Shown in pieces: positions 13,591 through 25,694 of a stretch of 64,000 bases of DNA. The DNA lies in the NCBI RefSeq assembly GCF_009914755.1, contig NC_060926.1, one strand, 5' to 3'. The notes below the pieces were generated by a model. The model was not told the DNA's origin, searched no databases, and saw only the letters and a program-made list of their open reading frames with translations. Numbering within the stretch: the first letter of the stretch is position 1; the number at the start of each line of letters is the position of its first letter. This DNA comes from the human T2T-CHM13v2.0 reference genome, Homo sapiens. A program made the position numbers and the translations under genes.

Positions 13591-14398
13591 GTAATTTTAT
13601 TTTAAATATGACATTTCACTTTTCCAGAAAATAAAATAGTTCCCTGGACAATAGAATGTATCTGCAAAGTACCTTTTTATTTTGTATATTGTTTTCTCTT
13701 TAATGGTGAAACTTGATAGGGAACCTAAAAAGAATTGTAAGACTGCATTCACTTAATTTGAAGCTTAACTAGAAATTTGTTTGCTGTTGTTTTTATTTAA
13801 TTTAATAAGATGTAATTGAGAAAAGTACTAGAAATAGATGTTTAAAGAGAAGGCTGATTATAAGCTTAAGGTATTGAAGATGTAACTATTTATTACAAAA
13901 CATACTATGTGTGTTTTATTGAAGATATGGTCTTCAAATAACCTGCTAGTTTCCATAACTGTCTGAAAAGTGGGTTGACTAGCTTTCCATGGAACACCCC
14001 ATGTTTTGGTAACTTTAATCTACCTAGTCTGATGGAACTTAAATGGGGAATCATCTTGTAGAGCTTAAGACGTACTAAATACGTAATATCAATGAAGTGC
14101 AGTATTGTTAAGAAACTATATAGTGTTAACATTTTTTTCAAACATGTTTTTCTTGCAAAATAAATTGGCCTTCACTTCATAGTACAAGTCTCATAGACTT
14201 GAAAACTTAATGTCATAGGAATATAGTTAACTGTTTCCAAAAAGCCAGTATTAAAACTTACTATATGTAAGGAACTTTTCCAGTCACTTTCTAAAAATAT
14301 AACATTTGCTAAGGTGAAAAAAATGGAGCTCCTTTGGCGGTAGATTGGGGAAAGTTATTGGTTATTGGTTTTCAATGCTTCTCTCTCCCTTTATCTAG

Positions 14399-14567
14399 GA
14401 TTGCAAACCTCTACTTCTTGACAATATACACTTTAGTGGAGTCAAAGATAGGCTCATCGTGATGAATGTGGCTGAAAAGCATAGAGGGAACTATACTTGT
14501 CATGCATCCTACACATACTTGGGCAAGCAATATCCTATTACCCGGGTAATAGAATTTATTACTCTAG
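14399..14567 (+). CDS. IL1R1: IL1R1 exon, Ig2 (DCKPLLLDNIHF...HRGNYTC...IEFITL)
   Basis: 169 nt; tatctAG / G|gtgagt; GNYTC motif. Confidence 0.97.
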
Positions 14568-15379
14568 GTGAGTCATAGCTCCAGCCCTAAAAGGTTTAGA
14601 TCTGGGAAGGTCCAGAGACTGTGATTCTAATACTACTTTCATTATCCATGAAGAAACCAAATCCAAGACGACCTCAATGATACCACAAAAGTCACATGGC
14701 TTTAGTTTTGTTTTTTTGTTACTAAATACTATGTAATGTTTTTCCATTCCTGCTTCAGATGTAGTTCTAATTAAATAGAGACATTATGAGCTGTGTTTTC
14801 CAACTGATTTAAGAGGGTTGTTCTTTGGCATGGCTAAAAATGGTTCTTACTGAAAGCTCTGGGGCTCCCTCTGGCTGGTATATGGGAATGTTCTGAGAGC
14901 CTGCACCTGGGGAATCTCAGTGAGTGTCAGTGTCTAGCAGCAAGCATCGGTGTGGACACTAATGAGCTTTGGAATAAGTCACATTTCCAGAATCTACCTC
15001 CTGTTCATTCTGTGTTAGGTGTTAACCTCTCTAACCCTGTTTCCTCTTCTGTAACAAGATGATGCAATCTCCCAAGGTTATTGGGAAGATTAGAGATATG
15101 GGGTACACGAAACTTGTGTACCTGGTGCAAAGAAATGCTTGGTGCAAAACAGCTATGCAATTAATAGGTGTAGGATGATTTTTCTTGTTAATTTTCTTGT
15201 GTCTTTCAATTCTGCGTTAACCATGTTTCATATTGAAAACTATATCACAGCAAAATGAAACAAAATGCACAAATTGCCAGGGGATAGTCAGAATGCTCAA
15301 ACTTTTTGTAAATATTGAGATTTTGTAAGATTTATGTAATAAAATAAGAGTTATTCCAATCAGAACTTTTTTGCAGGTT

Positions 15380-15463
15380 ATAGGGGTGACTATTAGTAGT
15401 TATGCTGGGACAACAGGTATAAATTGGGACTATCCCAAGCAAACTCAGAATATGATCACCCTA
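15380..15463 (-). mobile_element. MER94-like hAT fragment
   Basis: Reverse complement reads agggtgatcatattctgagtttgcttgggatagtccc...cctgttgtcccagc. Confidence 0.55.
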
Positions 15464-15715
15464 TAAATAGCTTCACTTTTCCAGTTATATAATACTTTAT
15501 TTTCCTAAAAATATTTTTATTAAATAAAAGTTAATTCCTTGCCATGGTCCCACAGGCATCAGTGAATCCCAATTTTCAATGGTCTTTGTATCAAACCATG
15601 TTCTTGAGTTTTTAGCAGCCTGTCATTGGGTAGCTCTGGTCTGTCTTTCCTGAAACATAGTAACCTAACCAGCAAGTAGAACTTGAGAGAGAACTGGGCA
15701 CTGGGGACTATTTAA

Positions 15716-16032
<317 letters not shown>

Positions 16033-16882
16033 AGGTTAAGTGTGTTTTTGATATTCTCTGTTTCCTTTTCTGATCCCATTTGTAGAAACAATATACTCTA
16101 CTCGGAGTGAGGTAATATTTTGTTTTCTTTCCAAGGCCCACACCAATGATGCCTAGCACTTTTTGTTCACTCAAGGATTCAAAAATATTTATTGAGCATT
16201 TACTATGTTTCAGGAACTGTAATAGGTATACATTAGGGAAAAAAACAGAGAATATCCTACCTTCATGGTGTTCACTTTTTTTTTGATTGGGGGAATACCG
16301 AGTGCTCAATTTTATAGTTTCTCATAGTTTCTTCATGGCCACAGATAAACCCCTGAAACCAATCTTTTCATAAATAAGTCAGATTAATTTCTGGGGCTCC
16401 TTGATACTTTTTTGCCTATTTTAATAAATTACAGCATTATTCCATAACCCTGTAGTTCTCACTATTGGGTCATTAACACAGTCATTAAATGCAAGCAGGT
16501 CTAGTATTGACTAGCCCTTCTGGCCAATAACACCCAATTCAAGGAAGTGACTTTCCACTACTCTCGCCTTTGCTGACATGCTTTCACTTAAGAGAGGCAT
16601 TTGTCTGGGGACCCAGGGTCCTGGTGATGTGTGTGTTTTTCAGTAGCACCCCACTCTATGAATTCGGAAGGTCTAGCTCTACCCCGGGATTCACAGTGTG
16701 CTGTGGCCTCTGCCTCAGCTTTCTTCCTTCACTTTCTGCCTCCTGTCTCCTGGCATATGTGCTTTGAACACTTGATGGAATATCTGGCCAGAAGTCATTT
16801 AGTATGTTTTGCTAAGTGTTGTCGTCACTTGAGATTCTGATCTATAAGAGACTGACAAACCTTATGGATGTTTTTCTTTCAG

Positions 16883-16948
16883 AGGAAAACAAACCCACAA
16901 GGCCTGTGATTGTGAGCCCAGCTAATGAGACAATGGAAGTAGACTTGG
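16883..16948 (+). CDS. IL1R1: IL1R1 exon, linker / Ig3 start (EENKPTRPVIVSPANETMEVDLG)
   Basis: 66 nt; ctttcAG / G|gtaagt. Confidence 0.96.
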
Positions 16949-17260
16949 GTAAGTGGGCTTCAGTGAGGGTATGCTGGAATCGTTTTTTTTTTTTTAAAAC
17001 ATAAGAGTAAGATAAATTGTATCTTTACTATATATAATCTAAGCCATTTACTGTATAAATCTATCAATGGAGGGAAAGTGAGACAAATTATATCTTAATT
17101 TTTTGTATTTCTTGCCTCTATGGCAAACATCTTGCCATGTCTGATATCTCCAGCCCTACTTTTCTGTGAACACTTATTACCATGAAAACACCAACCAGAC
17201 ACCAAGGTCAAAAGGCCTAGGAACCAGCAATGCCATTGACTGGTACAGGATTGGATTTCT

Positions 17261-17440
17261 TTCTTTTTTTTTTTTTCACAGAGTTAAAATATTTAATGAC
17301 AAAAATAGGGTTTGCTGTAAAAGTGAATCAATACAGTAGGTGTTACTTATCTCTGAATTAAACAAAAATTATATTTGACATCTTAAAGAACTTCTGAAGA
17401 ATTGATCATTGTACGACAGACATCAGCAGTGTTACAATTT
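17261..17440 (-). pseudogene. Short 5'-truncated retro-insertion (mRNA 3' end or orphan transduction); source unidentified
   Basis: T13 at 17264-17276, minus-strand ATTAAA (17292-17297) 15 nt before the tail, TSD CAGGA(T/C)TGGATTTCT at 17246-17260 and 17441-17455. Confidence 0.78.
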
Positions 17441-17589
17441 CAGGACTGGATTTCTCATGACCAGATCCAAGCTTTGAGTCGGAAGAGTAAGGCTACAGGC
17501 CCCAAAGATGGTAGTCATTCTAGAAAAGTATTTTTCCAAGTTAGTGAACATTTTTTATTCAAGAGTAAAGAAAGAACCCCACAAGCATC

Positions 17590-17815
17590 TAGCTCTGCAC
17601 TGTTTAGTGCAGTAGTTACTAGGTGCATGGAGTTATGGACATGTACAATTAAATTAAGTCAATTGATTCATTTAGTTACATTAAAAATTAGTTCCTCTGT
17701 CACATTAGCCATATTTCAAGGGCTTAATAGCCACATGTGACAAGTGACTACTGTACAGACAAGCACAAATATAGAACATTTCCAACATCACTGAAAGTTC
17801 TATTGGAAACCACTG
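17590..17815. mobile_element. MER3/MER33-like hAT-Charlie element
   Basis: tagccatatttcaagggcttaatagccacatgtg...catcactgaaagttctattgga. Confidence 0.75.
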
Positions 17816-19063
17816 ATCAAGAGAGAAAAAGTGGTTCTTTGTGTCAGAGGACCCAAAATAGGTTGGCCTTGGAATTGTCCTCTGTAATAGTAACTGCATG
17901 ACAGCAGTCAAGAACCATACAGAGGTTAGAAGGTATATGCTTGTGATCTGTGAATTCTGTACTTGGCCAATTCTGTACTTGTTATTTATGGTGGAAGGTG
18001 GTAGAAAGACATTCTTAGACAGAAACAAAAATGTCAAAACTCAAAATTAAATATGGGCCAATAGGCTCTAGAACAATGTTTCTCAACCATCTTTTTTTGT
18101 TTTAAATTGTTCCCCTTTAGAGTCTAAAAAGTCTTCTTCCACCTAATTCTCTTTCCTGTCTTTAAATTTCAGTACCACAGTTATCTTTTATATTTGCTGA
18201 TATACTGTGGCCCTTTGGAGTACCACAAACCATGTAATATCTAAGGTTTTCTTGCCTCTTCCCCAAGAACCAGTTTTTGCCCTGCTGGCCACAGCCCCTG
18301 TTGAAAATGCCTGCCCTAGAAGTGTGTAATTGAGAGCTCTGATGCCTAGGCTGCATTGATCTCTCAATCTACAAAAAAAAGCTTCAAATTAGGAAATAAT
18401 TATTTTAATGTATTATATTGACAGTGGATCAGAAGCATATAGTACCCTGTCATAGGATTATCCTGAAGGGTGTTAAACAGGCAATAAGATCCAATACCAT
18501 TACTCCTAAAATGACTTAGAAAAATAGGGATTGAGAGATATTTCCTTAACTTAATAAATAACATCAGTGCAAGCCAATAGTCACTAATATTCTTCATGGT
18601 GAAATACTATAGACCTTCTCACTAAAGCCAAGAGCAAGACAAAGATGCCCATGTAACCACTATTACTGAGCACAGTCTAGAAGTGCCTACTAATGCAATT
18701 GAAGGAAAAAAACAAGGTATGCTTACCACAAGGGAAAAAAGACATTTTTATTATTGTTTCCTGATCATACCAATCCCAAGAAAATTCCCGGGAAAAACTA
18801 GAATTAATTCTGTATAAATTAGTCAGATAATAAATTAACATTTAGAATTAATGTTCTAAAATATAAGACTTGTTTAGCAATAACCAGCTAGAAAACATAA
18901 TAGGAAACAAATGCCATTTGCACCAGTAAATGTCTTAGAAGTGTCCATAAAATATGTTAGAAAAACTTTGAAAATATGTGGAATTTATAAGAGAGGAAAA
19001 AACTAAAAAAACCAAAACCCTGAATATTAATCTCAGAAAAACTGAAATTTAAAGCATGCATCC

Positions 19064-19347
19064 AGCCAGGCGTGGTGGCTCAAGCCTGTAATTCCAGCAC
19101 TTTGGTAGGCCAAGGTGGACAGATCACTTGAGGCCAGGTGTTTGAGACCAGCCTGGCCAAGATGTTGAAACACCATCTCTACTAAAAATACAAAAATTAG
19201 CTGGGTGTGGTGGTGCACACCTGTAGTTCCAGCTGCTCAAGAGGCTGAGGCATGAGAGTCACTTGAACCCAGGAGGAGAAGGTTACAGTGAGCCGAGATT
19301 GTGCCACTGCACTTCCAGCCTGAGTGACAGAGCGAGACTGTGTCTCA
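19064..19347 (+). mobile_element. AluS inside degenerate sense L1M sequence (~18400-20020)
   Basis: Full Alu body with an eroded A tail; flanks are A-rich and L1-like. Confidence 0.88.
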
Positions 19348-20085
19348 TTTTTAAAAATGGAATTAAATAATGGATAGAGGGATAACAGTTTTTAAAAAGG
19401 AAGGCCGATGAGCACCAAGCTAATGAAAAGCATGTTGATTCACCGTGAATTCAAGAAATGTAGATGAAAACTTAAGTGACATTTTCTTCTCTCAAAAGGC
19501 AATGTCTAACCAAAAACACTTGTTATCTGGTGGTTTTGGGGAAAATCGTGCTCACATACACTATTGGAGAGAGGGTAGACTGACACAGCCTCACTAAAGA
19601 GAGGGGGTTAGCTTTTAAAATATGTTTCTTTAATTCAATCTTGCTTCTAGATTTTAATACTTCAGGATGTGTACAAATAAGGCTATTCATTAAAATATTA
19701 ATCATAATAGTGAAAAATTAGGAAATTGTGTTCATCAATAGGAAATAGTTAATCATAGTGTATATGTATTATGGAATGCTAAGCAGCCATGACAGAGTCT
19801 ATTTTGGAAGACAAATCATGTGGGCCCAAATTCCCAATCCACAGTAATTACAAAATAGTAGGCAAAAAGACCCCATTTCAAAAACTGCACATGTTCACAG
19901 AGAAGATAAGGAATGAGACGCATAAGGTTACTAATGGTGGTTTTCTCTGTGTGGTGGGTTTAGGGTAATTTTCCTTTTTCTTTGTGCATTTCTATATCTA
20001 AAATTTTAATTCAATAGCCATTTATTAATCTAGATAGATCAGAAAAAATCAATTAATGTTAAGATTAAAAATACATTCTTTGCAG

Positions 20086-20203
20086 GATCCCAGATACAAT
20101 TGATCTGTAATGTCACCGGCCAGTTGAGTGACATTGCTTACTGGAAGTGGAATGGGTCAGTAATTGATGAAGATGACCCAGTGCTAGGGGAAGACTATTA
20201 CAG
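20086..20203 (+). CDS. IL1R1: IL1R1 exon, Ig3 (SQIQLICNVTGQLSDIAYWKWNG...EDYY)
   Basis: 118 nt; ctttgcAG / AG|gtatgt. Confidence 0.96.
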
Positions 20204-20970
20204 GTATGTATGCTAAGAGTTATTCACATTTTGATGTTAAATCCCACGTGATATTTTATATAACCTTGTCGGTTCAGTTTAAAAGCAAGTGTTAGTTGCT
20301 CCTAACCTTTGCTGCCTTTTTTTTTTTTTTTTTTTTTTTTGCTAAGCTAAGTAGAATTTATAAGATCTTGTACATTTAAGGTAAAAAATACTTGTCATTG
20401 TGGTGCAAATTACAGACCACTTAGAAGCCTTTCTCTTACGTTATACATGTTGCAACATTTCAACGAAGCAATTATCTTTCATTATTCTTCATATTCCTCA
20501 AGTAGCTTAGAAGAGACTCATTAATGAGCTCAAGAATCAGGCAATCCACTGCTCTCGAAAGCCTCTACTGGTTTCCTACTGCTCATCTATGGGACAAGGA
20601 TCTCCTGGCTTCCCATGACCTCTCCTTCACAACACCTGCAAAGCACTTTGTCATCTGCCCCAATCTCCTCTTGTTTAGTGTCTCCTCTGTGCCCCATGGA
20701 GAACACAATGCATTTGTCTACATTTTTCTTCTTGGAAGTGGTAATTTTTTTGCTTTCTCTGCTACTGAGCCTGTTACTGACAGTGGTCTTGGGGTTATAA
20801 AATCTCAGATTAGTGTTGCCAGCAGTCTGAATGTTGTGACTGTGATTGGGCAGGGTGATTATTTCAGTGGCAATTTTGTCACAAATAAGGAAATACACAG
20901 GGTATACAGGTCTTATTTGTAGTTGATGCAATTAACTTACACAAGTTTATTTACTCTCTCTCTCGAATAG

Positions 20971-21122
20971 TGTGGAAAATCCTGCAAACAAAAGAAGGAG
21001 TACCCTCATCACAGTGCTTAATATATCGGAAATTGAAAGTAGATTTTATAAACATCCATTTACCTGTTTTGCCAAGAATACACATGGTATAGATGCAGCA
21101 TATATCCAGTTAATATATCCAG
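20971..21122 (+). CDS. IL1R1: IL1R1 exon, Ig3 C-terminal half (VENPANKRRSTLITVL...FTCFAKN...LIYP)
   Basis: 152 nt; gaatAG / G|gtaaac. Confidence 0.96.
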
Positions 21123-22870
21123 GTAAACAACAAACTAATTGAAATGCAGTTTTGTTTTACTGTAGTAAGATTCCATGACTTTGAAGTTTGAAATGCCATT
21201 TCCTCTGCTTAGAACACGCTTCACTTCCTCATTACTTGGGTAACTTCTATTTCTCTTTTACTCTTCTGCTGAACTCTCTCTTCTTGGAAGCTTTTCTGTC
21301 CTGCTGCCTGCCCTTAACCCAGCTCTCGGCCCAAAGAGAGGAGGTTAGGGCCTCTGTATGTACTTCTGTAGCACCATATGTCACAGGATCTATGGTACTT
21401 CGTTTTCTGTACTTAACTATAAATTCTGTGATGGTGGCAACCATTTATCTTAGTAATCATTCTATTTCCACAGCTAATGGCAAGTTAGGTCTGGTACATT
21501 GTGGGTACCCAATGAACTACATTGATGATGCATAGGGTAAGACTAAATATCCACTTTCAAAGAGGACATCAGAAGTCACTGGGTTTCATGAATTGGTATA
21601 ATAAAACATAATATTGAAAGTATTTGTGAAACATTTTAAGGTAATTTGTGGTTTAATTAAACATAGGCTATTATAATTGCGTGCATGGAAGAATATCTGA
21701 AAGACTCTATAAATTAACTTCTATGTATGTTTAAATACTGGCAGCATACAAATAGAAATTACATTTAAAAGATAACATTTATGGTAGCATCAAAAATCAT
21801 CAAATACTTAAGAATAAATCTAGCAAAAGCTGTTCAAAACCTCTGTAATACAAACTAAAAAATATTGAGATAAATTAGAGAAGAACTAAATGGAAGGATA
21901 TACAATGTTCATAGATTGAAAGACTCGATATTATGAAGATATCAGTTCTTCCCCAAATGAATCTATGGATTCCAAAAAATTTCAATCAAAATCTCAGCAG
22001 TATTTGTACAAGTGAGAGTCAGTGTTTGTATGGGTGTGTTTTTGTGGACACCTGTAAAAGTCATAGGGAACTGTAAAGGACCAAGTATAGTCATGGTGGT
22101 CTTAAATAAGAAAAATAAATCTGGAGGATTATTACTACAGACATCATGATCTTGTATGAAGCGACAGTACTTAAGACCGTAAGTGTGAACTATCATTTGG
22201 GCCAGCTGGATATTTGTCTGGAAAATGGTATAACTTGATTTCTGTTTTATATCCAAATCATTTAAATTGGAAAAGTAAATAAAGCTTTTAGATTCCCTTT
22301 TCTGGATGCTTTTACATGGTTCCTGATATTTAGAGGGTACTTTCTTTTTCTTCCCTCTTTCTTCTTCTCTAGCCCCCTCCCCATCACCTACTCCATCTGC
22401 TCCCCAGCTTCCTCTTTAATTATTGGATAACTAAGTAGAGAAGGAGGCCAGGAGAATGTGGAAATGTGAAACTTCCCTAAGCCTCCACCTTATTCGCTTT
22501 CCACCAGTCTTTAACTTTACCCAATGGACTCTCTGACCTCAGGGAACTTTTGTAGGCTTTTGAGTGATTTTAACTTTTCCCTGTTTTACTGTGGAATGCT
22601 CTATCCTGTGGTCTTCGGTATTATTTCCCATGTTATTGTATATTATGCTATTTAGGTAGAAACTTCATAGAATGCACCTTAGTTTTATCATTGCTTTGTA
22701 CATTAGTATCCATTACAAAGTGATAATAATGAATGAGTTAATATTGTCTGAATGCAGGCCATTCCCAGATATGGGCTCTCTGAGACGAAGATATTTAATT
22801 TGCTGTGCTCAAAGTTTTAATTCTTTTTGGTTCTAATATTTTTTCTCCTTTTTTTTTCTTTTTGCTATAG

Positions 22871-23014
22871 TCACTAATTTCCAGAAGCACATGATTGGTA
22901 TATGTGTCACGTTGACAGTCATAATTGTGTGTTCTGTTTTCATCTATAAAATCTTCAAGATTGACATTGTGCTTTGGTACAGGGATTCCTGCTATGATTT
23001 TCTCCCAATAAAAG
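22871..23014 (+). CDS. IL1R1: IL1R1 transmembrane exon (VTNFQKHMIGICVTLTVIIVCSVFIYKIFKIDIVLWYRDSCYDFLPIK)
   Basis: 144 nt, long poly-Y acceptor, hydrophobic segment, G|gtataa donor. Confidence 0.97.
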
Positions 23015-23763
23015 GTATAATTTTGTATTCCATGCAGTATTTCTTGTTGGAGATAAGGGATAGTTAGGAGATGTAGAAGATGACTAAGAGGGTTTTTACT
23101 AAGAGGGTTTCTAAAATGAAAAGTGGCATATACAAGAATACTAGTTATTCTTACACAGAATTATAGTTTTAGAACTCATTAGGCTGAATATCATTGTTTT
23201 CTAAGTTCCTGCCTCAACATTCATATTGGTAGAATAAACAGGTATTTAGAGCATCTGTTTATAAATTCAGTTATGCACAAGCCATTGGTAGGCCTTGCTC
23301 TGTGATGAATAGGACAGACAGAGATCATACCTTAATGAAAGAAATGAAATGACTAGATCTTCATGCATCAGGGAGGTTCTCTCTCTCTCCTTTGTTTAAA
23401 CTTTGCGAAAAAAAAAAAAGGAATACCACAATATCTAAAAAAAAATGAATGGATAGAATTCAGGGCTGAGACCTCTGGGGAAGAAGATGAGGACAGGGAG
23501 ACTTTAAGGATGGCTCTATACTAAGAGTATACGAGGCAGCCTCCAAATAGAAGAACAAATTTGCAGTAAAACACAAGAAATAGAAACCTTGTAAGAGATG
23601 AACACTTTTTAAAGGGATTATATTTTTGGTATTGCTGCTTCAGTCATGCCATTGTATAAAAAAAGATGAATAGTTCATTATGTAATGAATGTTTGTGATA
23701 CTGACTTTATCAAATCTCTTATTTTTGCCTTGTGGTTCTAAATACATTATGTTTTTCCTTTAG

Positions 23764-23931
23764 CTTCAGATGGAAAGACCTATGACGCATATATACTGTA
23801 TCCAAAGACTGTTGGGGAAGGGTCTACCTCTGACTGTGATATTTTTGTGTTTAAAGTCTTGCCTGAGGTCTTGGAAAAACAGTGTGGATATAAGCTGTTC
23901 ATTTATGGAAGGGATGACTACGTTGGGGAAG
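23764..23931 (+). CDS. IL1R1: IL1R1 TIR exon 1 (SDGKTYDAYILYP...GYKLFIYGRDDYVGE)
   Basis: 168 nt containing TIR box 1 and box 2; ccttt-AG / G|gtatgt. Confidence 0.97.
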
Positions 23932-24324
23932 GTATGTGTGTAATGGAACAGAGTAAAGGCTTATTGTTGTAAAACTACTTAGTAAAATGTGGATTCCATC
24001 TTTCTAGAAGATCGTGGCATAGGGGTATATGTTTCACAATTTTAAGAACCTCTTCAGAAGTGTATGATGATTTTTACATTTATTAAATGCATTTACTTCT
24101 CTCATATTTTGTCAGAGCAATAATTAAGTGATTTTCATTTAGTTTTGAAAAACTTAATGACTAGTTAAACCCAACAGTTGCTTTACAACTGATACAATTA
24201 AACAGGAGTGGTAGAGATCAAATGATTGAATAATAAGTTTTTAAAATTCCAACAAAGTTTTCTGAGTTCTAAATGAAATATTTGTCTTTTGAGGGCCAAT
24301 TTTTGAGTTAGTCTATAAAATGGG

Positions 24325-24478
24325 AGGTTTGCAGTGGCTCATGCCTTTTATCTCAGTACAACCCTGGGAGGCCAGGGTGAGAGGGTCACTTGAGCCTAGG
24401 AGTTTGAGGCTGCAGTGATCCAAGATCACGCCACTGCGCTCCAGTGTGAGCAACAGAACAAGAGACTGTCTCTTAAAA
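24325..24478 (+). mobile_element. Alu monomer (FRAM/FAM-like)
   Basis: Single arm: cagtggctcatgcc...ttgagcctaggagtttgaggctgcagtga...ctgtctctt. Confidence 0.8.
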
Positions 24479-24638
24479 TTAATTAATTAAAAACATGGGA
24501 AACTCCTTTAATTTTAAGTAAGACAAGAAAAAGGCATTAGGAGCCATACGGTTGTGAAAAGCCTTGTGTGGCTTTGGTTCAGGAGGGAATGATGATAAAT
24601 AGAATTTTACTTACTATATTGTGCTTCCTGTTTTTCAG

Positions 24639-25045
24639 ACATTGTTGAGGTCATTAATGAAAACGTAAAGAAAAGCAGAAGACTGATTATCATTTTAGTC
24701 AGAGAAACATCAGGCTTCAGCTGGCTGGGTGGTTCATCTGAAGAGCAAATAGCCATGTATAATGCTCTTGTTCAGGATGGAATTAAAGTTGTCCTGCTTG
24801 AGCTGGAGAAAATCCAAGACTATGAGAAAATGCCAGAATCGATTAAATTCATTAAGCAGAAACATGGGGCTATCCGCTGGTCAGGGGACTTTACACAGGG
24901 ACCACAGTCTGCAAAGACAAGGTTCTGGAAGAATGTCAGGTACCACATGCCAGTCCAGCGACGGTCACCTTCATCTAAACACCAGTTACTGTCACCAGCC
25001 ACTAAGGAGAAACTGCAAAGAGAGGCTCACGTGCCTCTCGGGTAG
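24639..25045 (+). CDS. IL1R1: IL1R1 last coding exon, TIR C-terminal part to stop
   Basis: tttttcAG acceptor; [18 protein letters not shown]...[11 protein letters not shown] (box 3)...HVPLG TAG; matches ORF 24755-25045. Confidence 0.98.
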
Positions 25046-25181
25046 CATGGAGAAGTTGCCAAGAGTTCTTTAGGTGCCTCCTGTCTTATGGCGTTGCAGG
25101 CCAGGTTATGCCTCATGCTGACTTGCAGAGTTCATGGAATGTAACTATATCATCCTTTATCCCTGAGGTCACCTGGAATCA

Positions 25182-25694
<513 letters not shown>

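Noticed and set aside
24762-25073. 103-aa alternative-frame ORF over the last IL1R1 exon
   Set aside because: Shadow frame in a terminal exon with no plausible initiation route or recognisable motif.
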